64,000 nt of DNA from Oscillospiraceae bacterium (GTDB lineage: Bacteria > Bacillota > Clostridia > Oscillospirales > Oscillospiraceae): NCBI GenBank assembly GCA_015068425.1, contig SVKK01000007.1:2131-66130 (forward strand). The letters are read 5' to 3'. The position numbers and the translations under genes were made by a program. How positions within the stretch are numbered: position 1 is the first letter of the stretch; every line of letters begins with the position of its first letter. The notes under the pieces are model-generated. The model was given only the letters and a program-made list of their open reading frames with translations. It did not search any database and was not told where the DNA came from. Of the stretch, positions 24,550 through 33,373 are shown piece by piece.

Positions 24550-24729
24550 GCCCGTAGGGCACAATGACCCCGACGCGGTTACAATGGCTCCCTTGTGCAA
24601 AGGGAGCTGTCAAAAATCAAAGATTTTTGACTGAGGGATTGTAGATTCGGTCAAACATATTGCGCTCTTTGAAAGCAAGGCTTTATGCAGCAGAAATAAA
24701 GACGGGCGGACACATCGGTCCGCCCCTAC
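24550..24729. repeat. Copy of the mosaic intergenic repeat family (degenerate GTAGGG module, module A, reverse GTAGGGG-hairpin module)
   Basis: It contains GTAGGGCACAATGACCCCGACGCGG and CTCCCTTGTGCAAAGGGAGCTGTCAAAAATCAAAGATTTTTGACTGAGGGATTGT. It also contains GGGCGGACACATCGGTCCGCCCCTAC, the reverse complement of 56828-56853 with one mismatch. Confidence 0.7.
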
Positions 24730-24864
24730 GGTATAATGGGGCCATATGCCATGCTTTATGGAACCTTTGAGGGAGAACGCTTATTAATCGTTGCTATTTA
24801 TATCTGTTCCATGATAAAATAATTGGGTAAAACAGCAATATTCACCGCTTGGAGGAAAAACGCT

Positions 24865-26304
24865 ATGTATGATGTACTTATAATCGGCTGCGGTGTGAGC
24901 GGAGCGGCCTGCGCCTATTCCCTCTCCAAATATGAGCTTTCGCTGTGCATAATTGACGCATCCAACGATGTTTCAAATGGCACCAGCAAGGCCAATTCCG
25001 CAATTATCCACGCGGGCTATGACCCCAAGCCCGGCAGCCTTATGGCAAAGCTGAATGTTGAGGGCAACGCAATGGCAGGCGATATCTGCGAAAAGCTTGA
25101 TGTGCCCTTCAAGCGCATAGGCAGCCTTGTTCTGGGCTTCAATGAGGCTGACAGGGCTCATCTTCAAAAGCTCTATGAGCGGGGCGTGAACAACGCCGTT
25201 CCCGGAATTGCCCTTCTCTCTGCCGAAGAAGTGAAAGCTATGGAGCCAAATATTGCCGATAATGTTGTGGGCGCGCTCTATGCACCCTCCGCAGGCGTTA
25301 TCAGCCCTTGGGAATATACTCTTGCAATGGCGGAAACCGCGGTGAAAAACGGAGCGGAAATATATCTTTCCACCCGTGCCGAAGCCATTGAGAGCATTGA
25401 GGGCGGTTATAAAGTCAAGACAAATAAGGGCGATTTTGAGACCCGTTATATCATCTCCGCCGTAGGCGTTGATGCAGAGAGTCTCCGTTCCATGCTGGAG
25501 GAGCCCGACTATAAAATAGTCCCCACCCGCGGCCAGTATTTCCTGCTGGATAAGAGCGAGGGCGGCATAGTAAATCATGTTATCTTCCAATGCCCCGATG
25601 AAAAGGGCAAGGGCGTTTTGGTCTCTCCCACCGTTCACGGCAACCTTATAGTTGGCCCCGATGCTGAAAAAACCGCCGCGGGGGACAGGGCGACCTCTAC
25701 TGTGGGTCTGGATAAAATTGCCGCCACCGCCCGCCGCAGTGTTCCCTCTTTGAACGTGCGTCAGAATATCCGAAACTTCGCGGGTGTCCGCGCCAATTCC
25801 GACAGGGATGAGTTTATAATAGAAGAATCCGCCGCTTTCCCCGGATTTATCGACCTTGCGGGCATAAAAAGCCCCGGCCTCAGCGCCGCCCCGGCCATTG
25901 GCGAATATGTTGCCGATATGATAAGGGCAGGGGGAAAGCTCCCCTTTGAGAAAAAGGAGGGCTTTATCGATAGCCGCAGGAGAATCCGCTTCGCTGAGCT
26001 GAGCCACGAGGAGAAGGCAAAAATCGTCGGTGAAAATCCCGCCTACGGACGTATTGTCTGCCGCTGCGAAACCGTCACCGAGGGTGAAATTGTCTCTGCT
26101 CTCCACAGTCCCATTCCTCCCGTGTCCGTCAATGCCGTAAAGCGCCGCGTGGGCGCCGGTATGGGCAGATGCCAGGGCGGTTTCTGCTCCGCCATAGTCC
26201 ATCAGCTCATCTCCAGAGAACTGGGAATTCCAATGGAGGATATCCCTAAGGAGGATGAAGGCAGCTATATCCTTATACCGCTCAGGTTAAAGGGGGATAA
26301 GTAA
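24865..26304 (+). CDS. FAD-dependent oxidoreductase, glycerol-3-phosphate dehydrogenase/oxidase-like, with a C-terminal BFD-like [2Fe-2S] domain
   Basis: The FAD-binding fold is MYDVLIIGCGVSGAACAY. The C-terminal CRCETVTEGEI...GMGRCQGGFC is BFD-like. ATG 24865 follows GGAGG. Confidence 0.85.
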   Translation: MYDVLIIGCGVSGAACAYSLSKYELSLCIIDASNDVSNGTSKANSAIIHAGYDPKPGSLMAKLNVEGNAMAGDICEKLDVPFKRIGSLVLGFNEADRAHLQKLYERGVNNAVPGIALLSAEEVKAMEPNIADNVVGALYAPSAGVISPWEYTLAMAETAVKNGAEIYLSTRAEAIESIEGGYKVKTNKGDFETRYIISAVGVDAESLRSMLEEPDYKIVPTRGQYFLLDKSEGGIVNHVIFQCPDEKGKGVLVSPTVHGNLIVGPDAEKTAAGDRATSTVGLDKIAATARRSVPSLNVRQNIRNFAGVRANSDRDEFIIEESAAFPGFIDLAGIKSPGLSAAPAIGEYVADMIRAGGKLPFEKKEGFIDSRRRIRFAELSHEEKAKIVGENPAYGRIVCRCETVTEGEIVSALHSPIPPVSVNAVKRRVGAGMGRCQGGFCSAIVHQLISRELGIPMEDIPKEDEGSYILIPLRLKGDK

Positions 26305-27576
26305 ATGAAGAAGTATCAGCTTGTTGTAATCGGCGGCGGTCCTGCGGGTCTTGCAGCCGCTGTCACCGCGTGGAACGCGGGTCTGAGAAGGGTACTTATA
26401 ATAGAGCGAGGCAGCCGTCTCGGTGGCATACTCAACCAGTGCATCCATAACGGCTTCGGTCTCCACTATTTCAAGGAGGAGCTGACAGGCCCCGAATATG
26501 CCCTCCGTTTTATAAAGATGCTGGAAGATACCGGAGTTGAGGTCATGACCGACACAATGGTGCTGGATCTTGATAAGGACAAGAAGATATATGTTTCCGG
26601 AATGGAGACGGGCTATCAGTGCATCGAGGCGGAAAGCATAGTCCTCGCCATGGGCTGCCGGGAGCGCGCAAGAGGCGCCGTGGGCATCCCCGGTGACAGA
26701 CCTTCCGGAGTTTTCACAGCCGGCACCGCCCAGCAGTATATGAACCTTATGGGCAAAAGCGTGGGCAAAAAGGTGGTCATTCGCGGCACCGGCGATATAG
26801 GCCTTATTATGGCTCGCCGCATCACCCTTGAGGGCGGTCAGGTGCTGGCCTGCATAGGCGCAAGCGACCATGCCGACGGTCTTACCAGAAATGTTGTTCA
26901 GTGTCTGGAGGATTATGATATTCCCCTTCTGCTCCGCCATACCGTAACGGAGGTGCGGGGCAAGGAGCGCCTTGAGCAGGTGGTGGTAATGGAGGTTGAC
27001 GAAAAGCGCAACACCATTCCCGGCACGGAAAAGGTTTTCGATTGCGATACACTGCTTCTCTCCATCGGTCTCATCCCCGAAAACGAGCTGAGCCGTCAGG
27101 CGGGAATAGATATGGACCGCCGCACCAATGGCGCCGTTGTTTATGAGAATATGGAAACCTCCATCCCCGGTGTGTTTGCCTGCGGCAATGTTGTGCAGGT
27201 GCATGACCTTGTGGACTATGTCACCGGCGAGAGCATCCGGGCGGGCAAGGCCGCCGCGGAATATGTCCTCGGTGCTGCCGTGGAGGAGGGTGAGGTTCTC
27301 TCCCTTGCCAATGGCGACAAGGTGGGTTACACCGTGCCCATGAAGATAAGAAAAGCCAATGTGAAGGGCAATGTGGAAGTTTTCTTCCGCGTGAAAAAGG
27401 TTTTCGGCAAGTCTGCCATCGTGGTAACTCAGGGAGATAAGCAGATAGCCCGCTATAAAAGAAGCTATATGCTCCCCAGCGAGATGGAGAAAATAATCCT
27501 GCCCAAGAAAATTCTTGATAATCTCAGCGCTGCCGCCGGAGAAATCCGCGTAAGTGCCGTTGAAGAGGAGGGCTGA
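26305..27576 (+). CDS. NAD(P)/FAD-dependent pyridine-nucleotide-disulfide-type oxidoreductase
   Basis: YQLVVIGGGPAGLAAA... plus a second dinucleotide fold VVIRGTGDIGLIMA. It abuts the preceding gene. Confidence 0.85.
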   Translation: MKKYQLVVIGGGPAGLAAAVTAWNAGLRRVLIIERGSRLGGILNQCIHNGFGLHYFKEELTGPEYALRFIKMLEDTGVEVMTDTMVLDLDKDKKIYVSGMETGYQCIEAESIVLAMGCRERARGAVGIPGDRPSGVFTAGTAQQYMNLMGKSVGKKVVIRGTGDIGLIMARRITLEGGQVLACIGASDHADGLTRNVVQCLEDYDIPLLLRHTVTEVRGKERLEQVVVMEVDEKRNTIPGTEKVFDCDTLLLSIGLIPENELSRQAGIDMDRRTNGAVVYENMETSIPGVFACGNVVQVHDLVDYVTGESIRAGKAAAEYVLGAAVEEGEVLSLANGDKVGYTVPMKIRKANVKGNVEVFFRVKKVFGKSAIVVTQGDKQIARYKRSYMLPSEMEKIILPKKILDNLSAAAGEIRVSAVEEEG

Positions 27577-27581
27577 AAAAT

Positions 27582-27929
27582 ATGAAAGAACTTGTTTGCA
27601 TAGTCTGCCCTCAAGGCTGCCGCCTTCGTGTGGATGATGAGGGAAATATAAGCGGCAACGCCTGCGCAAACGGCGCGGAGTATGCTCATACCGAGCTCAC
27701 CTCCCCCACCCGTGTTCTCACCAGCACTGTCAATATTCTGGGCGCGGAGCTTCCCCGCTGCCCGGTGAAAACCGCAGGGGCAATTCCCAAGCATCTTTTG
27801 TTTCAGGCTATGGAGTCTCTCCGCAGCGTAACGGTGTTCGCCCCCATAAAGGCAGGACAGGTCATCATAGCCGACATTGTTGGCACAGGCGTTGACCTCG
27901 TTGCCACCGCCGATATGGACGAGAAATAA
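27582..27929 (+). CDS. DUF1667 domain-containing protein
   Basis: MKELVCIVCPQGCRLRVDDEGNISGNACANGAEYA... is the characteristic DUF1667 N-terminus. It is the usual third gene of this trio. Confidence 0.85.
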   Translation: MKELVCIVCPQGCRLRVDDEGNISGNACANGAEYAHTELTSPTRVLTSTVNILGAELPRCPVKTAGAIPKHLLFQAMESLRSVTVFAPIKAGQVIIADIVGTGVDLVATADMDEK

Positions 27930-27954
27930 ATGAAAAAACTACCGCAATGTTTAT

Positions 27955-28330
27955 TTTGTCTCCGACGGCCATATTCTTTTTGTACCCGCAAAAAGAATAT
28001 GGAAAGAAAAACAGGCCAAAGAGGGGGGTGCCCCCCTCTTTGAAAACTCCCCAAGTGCGGAAGATGGAAATACATCGTGCCACATAATTGGAAACCAAAC
28101 CTTAGAGTACTAACCTCGTTTGCCGCTCAGGACGCTGCTGCCTTTGGCTGCCTGTTCGGCAGCACGGAGGCGGTACCTCGTAATATTCCCCGCAATTCGT
28201 AGGGCGGGGGGTTACTCCCGCCGCCGTTACAAAGCCCTCTGTAGGGCGCGATGCTCTCATTGCGCCTGCCCGACGCCACGAGGATTGTATCCCGTACCCT
28301 CTGTAGGGCGCGATGCCCTCATCGCGCCGC
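27955..28330. repeat. Large copy of the mosaic intergenic repeat family (module B plus three GTAGGG-hairpin modules, the last two with a 62-bp period)
   Basis: 27955-28142 aligns by eye with 56591-56780. GTAGGG-hairpin units lie at 28198-28226, 28235-28266 and 28297-28328. Confidence 0.8.
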
Positions 28331-28374
28331 AAATGTTAAGAGCTTTCTTTGATAAAGGAGCGTGTATTGCTGTG

Positions 28375-29925
28375 ATGAGAAAAATGTTGTGTTTTTGTCT
28401 TGCGCTTTTGCTCTGCCTCTCCTTGTTTGTAGGTTGCGAAAAAGATACCGAGCCTGTCGTTGATGCAGAGGATTATTGCAAGGCTGCTTTCCGGGGGCTT
28501 GTTGAGGCCGATATTCTGCACTATACATTCGAGATTTATATCAATGATGAGCCAAGAGGCGACCTGCCCCGTAACGAAGGCTGGTTCTTCGGCGAGGATT
28601 GGCTGTTTGTCAGCACCGCAAATATGCCCGACGCCATACAGAGCCTGACCATTGCGGAGCTTGACGGAGTGCAATATGCAGTCAGCGGTTTGGGGGATGA
28701 GCAGACAAGCCCAAGCTGCTTCTATGCCGGGGAATATGATGCTTACGGCAAAAAGCCCATCGAGGACTTTATAAACTATGATTTGGAGTTTGTGTCCGAA
28801 AGCGATACAGATGACGGCAAGATTTATAGCTTCACCGTTTTGGCCGACGGAGCAGGAACTGATAATCTCGAAAGCTACATTTTTGATAAATCAGGCCGCC
28901 TCACCGAGGCTCATTTTGAGTCGGAAACTGTGGAAGCGGTTATGGACGGAGAGCCGCAGTTTGTAAGCCAGACTGTTGTTTATCGCTTTCCCGAGGTGAG
29001 CGCCGAGGAGTGCCGCGAGGCAATAGACAAGGCTTATGAGGCCATTATGGATGAACTCGAAAGCAGCAGAGCTGACGGGATGGAAAACCCTGAAGCATTC
29101 ATCACCGAAAACTCGGTATATGATGATGGCAGCGATGTTATCACAGTGCCCTACGGCGAGAGCGTAGTCATAGACCTTGACGGAGACGGCACCGATGAGG
29201 TGCTGTGTATGAAAGCAAGCAACATATACGGCATTTGGTCCCTCACCGTAAACGGAATTGAATATCTGGAAAGTCTTGAAATGTATATCGGAGACAGTGA
29301 CAATTTGAATCCCTGTCCCGACCAATTACCCGATTACTACGTTGTAAGAACATATGAGGGTGACTATAGTCCCAAGATATGCGTATATGATGACGGCCCC
29401 AGCGGAGACCCCAATACTCACTTTTTCACCTTTAACGGATCGCTGCAGTATAACGGCAGCATCCCCTGCCATATGAGTCGTCTGAGTCTTGACGGAAATC
29501 ATCACCTGACCGGGCCTGCCCGGCTATCTGTGTTCCAGACATGGTACGCTGAGCACACGTGGCTTTTGCCGGATGACGGCAGCAAAGCAAGCGAGGTGGA
29601 GCGGGACTTTTATTACGTGGATGATTTTGAGTTCGTATTCTATCCCGTTGAGGGAGTATGCCCTCCTCCCAGCAAATACAGTCCCCTGCTTTGCCAGGTT
29701 TACGCCTACGGAGAACGAGATATTTCCGCCCAGCCCCTTGTGCTGGAAAAGGGCACGGAGCTCAGCATTCTGGGCACCGATAACAGGGAGTGGCTTCTGG
29801 TGGCCGACAGAGCCGGCAGAGAATACTACCTGCATCTATGCGGGATAAACGCTTGTTCCGTTGAGACCCCCACAGGCGAAACTATGGGCAATGAGGTGTT
29901 TGACGGACTGATTTACGCCGACTGA
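28375..29925 (+). CDS. Hypothetical lipoprotein (~516 aa)
   Basis: The signal peptide MRKMLCFCLALLLCLSLFVGC has a lipobox, and the mature region is acidic with no recognised family. The part of the track ORF upstream of 28375 runs through the repeat element. Confidence 0.7.
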   Translation: MRKMLCFCLALLLCLSLFVGCEKDTEPVVDAEDYCKAAFRGLVEADILHYTFEIYINDEPRGDLPRNEGWFFGEDWLFVSTANMPDAIQSLTIAELDGVQYAVSGLGDEQTSPSCFYAGEYDAYGKKPIEDFINYDLEFVSESDTDDGKIYSFTVLADGAGTDNLESYIFDKSGRLTEAHFESETVEAVMDGEPQFVSQTVVYRFPEVSAEECREAIDKAYEAIMDELESSRADGMENPEAFITENSVYDDGSDVITVPYGESVVIDLDGDGTDEVLCMKASNIYGIWSLTVNGIEYLESLEMYIGDSDNLNPCPDQLPDYYVVRTYEGDYSPKICVYDDGPSGDPNTHFFTFNGSLQYNGSIPCHMSRLSLDGNHHLTGPARLSVFQTWYAEHTWLLPDDGSKASEVERDFYYVDDFEFVFYPVEGVCPPPSKYSPLLCQVYAYGERDISAQPLVLEKGTELSILGTDNREWLLVADRAGREYYLHLCGINACSVETPTGETMGNEVFDGLIYAD

Positions 29926-29945
29926 CAGAAAAAATGACGATAAAC

Positions 29946-29978
29946 AAAAAAACAGGAAGCTTAGCTTCCTGTTTTTTT
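29946..29978. terminator. Bidirectional terminator between the lipoprotein gene and pepF
   Basis: AAAAAACAGGAAGC-TTA-GCTTCCTGTTTTTTT. Confidence 0.85.
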
Positions 29979-29993
29979 GTTTTAGCTTTTTAA

Positions 29994-31697
29994 TTATACA
30001 ATGCCTTCGAGGGAGAAGTTTTCAAGCCACTGCTTTGCCTCGGCGCATACTTCGCGGAGGCAGGCATCGCCGAAGGGGCTGCGCAGACCTGCGGCCTTGA
30101 TAAGGTCGGTGAAGGTCTTGGTACCGCCGTAGCGGGTGTATTCCATATAGGTGTCCCAAGCCTTCTGGCGGTCGTGCTGAATCATTGCCCAGAACTGCAA
30201 AGCCATAGTCTGAGCCAAGCAGTAATCGATGTAATAGAAGGGAACATCGTAGATATGCAGCTGCTTCTGCCATGCCTCGCCGTCGGAATAGAAGGGAATG
30301 TCGCCATCCAGCTTCAGCCAGGGCATATAGATGCCAAGCAGCTCTTTCCATACTCCGTGGCGCTCCGCGGGGGTCATCTCGGGCTTTTCATAAACAATGT
30401 GCTGGAAGTGGTCAACCATGGTGCCGTAGGGGATGAAGGCTATGGAGCCGGAGAGATGGCTGAAGAGGAACTTGCGGGTATCTTCACCGAAGAAGCCCTC
30501 TGCCCAGGGCCAGGACATGAATTCCATGCTCATGGAGTGGACCTCGCAGGCCTCGGTGGTGGGGAACACAAGGTCCATAGGAACAACGTCCTTGTTCATC
30601 CAAACGGAGAAGGCGTGGCCTGCCTCGTGGGTGACAACCTCAACATCCCCCTGAGTTCCGTTGAAGTTTGCGAAAATGAAGGGAGCTTCATAGTCGGGGA
30701 TGGCGGTGCAGAAGCCGCCGGCTGCCTTGCCCTCGGTGGAGAGGACGTCCAGAAGCTCGTTATCCAGCATATGGTTGAAAAATTCCGCGGTTTCGGGAGA
30801 GAGCTCCTCATAGAACTTCTTGCCCTGCGCCAGAATGTCCTGAGCGCTGCCAACGGGCTTGGGGTTGCCGCTGCGGAATTCGAGGGCGGCATCGGCGAAG
30901 CTGATAGGATAGTCCTTGCCCAGACGCTGAGCCTGATGCTTGTAAATATCCTCGGCAACGGGGACGAGGTATTTCTGAACTGCGTGACGGAAGGCTTCTA
31001 TTTCCTCCTTGCCGTAGCAGTTGCGGTTCATGCGGTAGTAGCCAAGCTCGGTAAAGTCCTTGTAACCCAGAGCCTTGCCCATCTTGTCGCGGAGGTGGAC
31101 AAGCTTATCGTATATCTCGTCAAGCTGAGCCTGATTTTCCTTAAACCATTTGCCGTCCGCTTTCCACGCTGCCAGACGGCGCTCGTCATCGGGGTCGGTT
31201 TTAAAGGGGGTCATCTGGCTGAGGGTGTATACATTGCCTTCAAACTCAACCTTGGCGGAGGCTATGAGCTTGTCATAGTCCTGCTGAAGCTGAGCCTCCT
31301 CCTGCATAAGGGGGATTATCTCCGGGGAGAAGGTTTTAAGGGCAATCTCGGTGTTCAGGAACATGAGAGAGCCGAACTCCTCTTCAAACTGGGGGCGGAA
31401 GGGGCTTTTTATAAGCTCCAAATTGAAAAGCTGCATGGGCTCCTGAATTTCGGGGCCTATATTGTTGAAATGGGTGGATTCTTCGTCATAGAACTTATCT
31501 CTGGTGTCTATCATATGACGGATGGTGACAAGCTCGCCGGCGGTCATAAAGTGGCGCTTTTCCTCGTCCATGTCCAGAAAAGCGGCTCTTGCCTCCTCAT
31601 AGCTTTTGGCCTGACTCAGGCGCTGAGCCAGCTCCGTCATACGGGTCTTAACAGCCTCGGCATCGGGGCGGATATATTTCATCTCAGAAAATTTCAT
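29994..31697 (-). CDS. pepF: M3 family oligoendopeptidase (PepF-like)
   Basis: The zinc motif THEAGHAF is present and the length is about 567 aa. ATG 31697 follows GGAGG. Confidence 0.88.
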   Translation of the reverse strand: MKFSEMKYIRPDAEAVKTRMTELAQRLSQAKSYEEARAAFLDMDEEKRHFMTAGELVTIRHMIDTRDKFYDEESTHFNNIGPEIQEPMQLFNLELIKSPFRPQFEEEFGSLMFLNTEIALKTFSPEIIPLMQEEAQLQQDYDKLIASAKVEFEGNVYTLSQMTPFKTDPDDERRLAAWKADGKWFKENQAQLDEIYDKLVHLRDKMGKALGYKDFTELGYYRMNRNCYGKEEIEAFRHAVQKYLVPVAEDIYKHQAQRLGKDYPISFADAALEFRSGNPKPVGSAQDILAQGKKFYEELSPETAEFFNHMLDNELLDVLSTEGKAAGGFCTAIPDYEAPFIFANFNGTQGDVEVVTHEAGHAFSVWMNKDVVPMDLVFPTTEACEVHSMSMEFMSWPWAEGFFGEDTRKFLFSHLSGSIAFIPYGTMVDHFQHIVYEKPEMTPAERHGVWKELLGIYMPWLKLDGDIPFYSDGEAWQKQLHIYDVPFYYIDYCLAQTMALQFWAMIQHDRQKAWDTYMEYTRYGGTKTFTDLIKAAGLRSPFGDACLREVCAEAKQWLENFSLEGIV

Positions 31698-31714
31698 TAT
31701 ATCCTCCAAAGTTT

Positions 31715-33334
31715 TTATTTCTTTTTTACCCAGCTTTCCCACTTGGCGGCAAGAGAACGTATTTCGCCCGCGAACTTGGCAAGCTCCTTATTGGGAATAC
31801 CTCTGCAGGCCTTTGCCACATCAACAAGGGCATACGCTGCGGTGAGGAGATTGTCCATGGCGGATTTGGAGCGTGCATCCTTTGGAGCCTTCTTGGCAAC
31901 GGGAACGCCGGTGGTGAGCTCGATAACCTGATTGCTCATAAGGTCGAAGCTTGTACCCGAGTAGGGGGCAAGCACATTGTAGCCATACTCATCTCTGAGG
32001 CAGGCTGCGTAGTCTTCGACGGCGTCGGGGTCGCCGTGATTGACGAAAACAGTGGCGGGCTTTTCCTTAAAAGCCTGAATCCACTTGAGAAGACCGTCCT
32101 TGTCGGCGTGTCCGCTCTTGCCGGGGAGATAGCTTATCTCCGCGTTTACGCTGATGTCCTCGCCGAAGAGTTTAATTTTCTTTGCTCCGTCGCGAATGGC
32201 GCGGCCGGTGGTGCCGACAGCCTGATAGCCCACGAAGAGGATGAGGCTTTCTCTTCTCCAAAGATTGTGCTTGAGGTGGTGGCGAATTCTTCCCGCCTCG
32301 CACATTCCGCTGGCAGAGATGATAACCTTGGGCTTTTTGTCCAAATTTATAGCTTTAGACTCTTCACTGCTGACGGAAAGCTGAACGCCGGGGCTCATAA
32401 GGGGATTGATGCCCTGATTTATAAGAGCTCGGGTCTCGTCATCAAAGTAGTGATCGTCGGTCTGGAGGAAAATGCCCGTTGCCTCGTTGGCAAGGGGAGA
32501 ATCCACATAAACGGGGAAGTCGCCGTGGCCGCTGACAAGGCCGCGAACCTTTATCTCGCGGATGAAATAGAGCATTTCCTGAGTTCTGCCAACGGCGAAG
32601 GAGGGGATGACAACATTGCCGCCCCGGTCCAGAGTGCGCTGGATGCAGTCCGCCAGATATTCTATGTTGTTCACATCGCCCTTTTCGTGATAGCGGTTGC
32701 CGTAGGTGCTCTCGGTGACAACATAGTCAGCCTCTTCAACATAAACGGGGTCTTTAAGGAGGGGCTGCTCAAGATTTCCTATATCGCCGGAGAAAACTAT
32801 TTTTTTGCTAACGTCTCCCTCGGTGAGCCAAATCTCTATGCTGCTTGAGCCCATAAGGTGACCGGCATCGGTGAAGCGGACAACAACACCCTCGGCAATT
32901 TGAACCTCCTTGCCGTAATCCACAGGACGCAGCTTGGATATGGCGGTCTGGGCATCGGCCATGGTGTATATGGGCTCAACGGCGGCTCCGCCGGCGCGGA
33001 GGCTCTTGCGGCTTTTCCATTCCGCTTCGCTCTCCTGAATATGGGCGCAGTCCCGAAGCATAATTTCGCAGAGATGGGAGGTGGCAACGGTGGCATAAAT
33101 GAGCCCCTTGTAGCCGTTTTTATAAAGGAGAGGAAGATTGCCGCTGTGGTCAATATGGGCGTGGGTCAAAAGCACGAAATCCAGAGCGGAAGCCTGAACG
33201 GGCAAAGCCTGATTTTCAAAAATATCCTGACCCTGCTCCATGCCGCAGTCCACAATTCCGTATTTGCCGTTTATCTCAATTAGTGTGCAGCTGCCTGTAA
33301 CCTCGTGGGCAGCGCCGAGAAATGTTATTTTCAT
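31715..33334 (-). CDS. MBL-fold metallo-hydrolase of the beta-CASP family (RNA-metabolising type)
   Basis: MKITFLGAAHEVTGSC...VLLTHAHIDHSGNLP... is followed by beta-CASP and RNA-specificity-like C-terminal regions. Confidence 0.88.
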   Translation of the reverse strand: MKITFLGAAHEVTGSCTLIEINGKYGIVDCGMEQGQDIFENQALPVQASALDFVLLTHAHIDHSGNLPLLYKNGYKGLIYATVATSHLCEIMLRDCAHIQESEAEWKSRKSLRAGGAAVEPIYTMADAQTAISKLRPVDYGKEVQIAEGVVVRFTDAGHLMGSSSIEIWLTEGDVSKKIVFSGDIGNLEQPLLKDPVYVEEADYVVTESTYGNRYHEKGDVNNIEYLADCIQRTLDRGGNVVIPSFAVGRTQEMLYFIREIKVRGLVSGHGDFPVYVDSPLANEATGIFLQTDDHYFDDETRALINQGINPLMSPGVQLSVSSEESKAINLDKKPKVIISASGMCEAGRIRHHLKHNLWRRESLILFVGYQAVGTTGRAIRDGAKKIKLFGEDISVNAEISYLPGKSGHADKDGLLKWIQAFKEKPATVFVNHGDPDAVEDYAACLRDEYGYNVLAPYSGTSFDLMSNQVIELTTGVPVAKKAPKDARSKSAMDNLLTAAYALVDVAKACRGIPNKELAKFAGEIRSLAAKWESWVKKK

Positions 33335-33373
33335 TATGTTTTCTCCTTTCCTGCTTTAATACTAATTTTACTC

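Noticed and set aside
27865-28098. Similar small peptides are predicted from two loci (27865-28098 and 56507-56722, sharing ...PLFG.LFFPYSF..Y.KNMAVGDK...), which could look like a conserved small protein family.
   Set aside because: The similarity is at the DNA level within repeat module B, and several frames on both strands are open across it. Differences between copies fall mainly in the hairpin loops rather than at synonymous positions. There is no SD, and one ORF extends antisense into the DUF1667 gene.
28120-28374. N-terminal 85 aa of the 601-aa track ORF (MPLRTLLPLAACSAARRR...).
   Set aside because: This portion is translated from the GTAGGG-hairpin repeat units. A canonical lipoprotein signal peptide begins at ATG 28375 after an AAAGGAG-containing region, so the gene is called from 28375.
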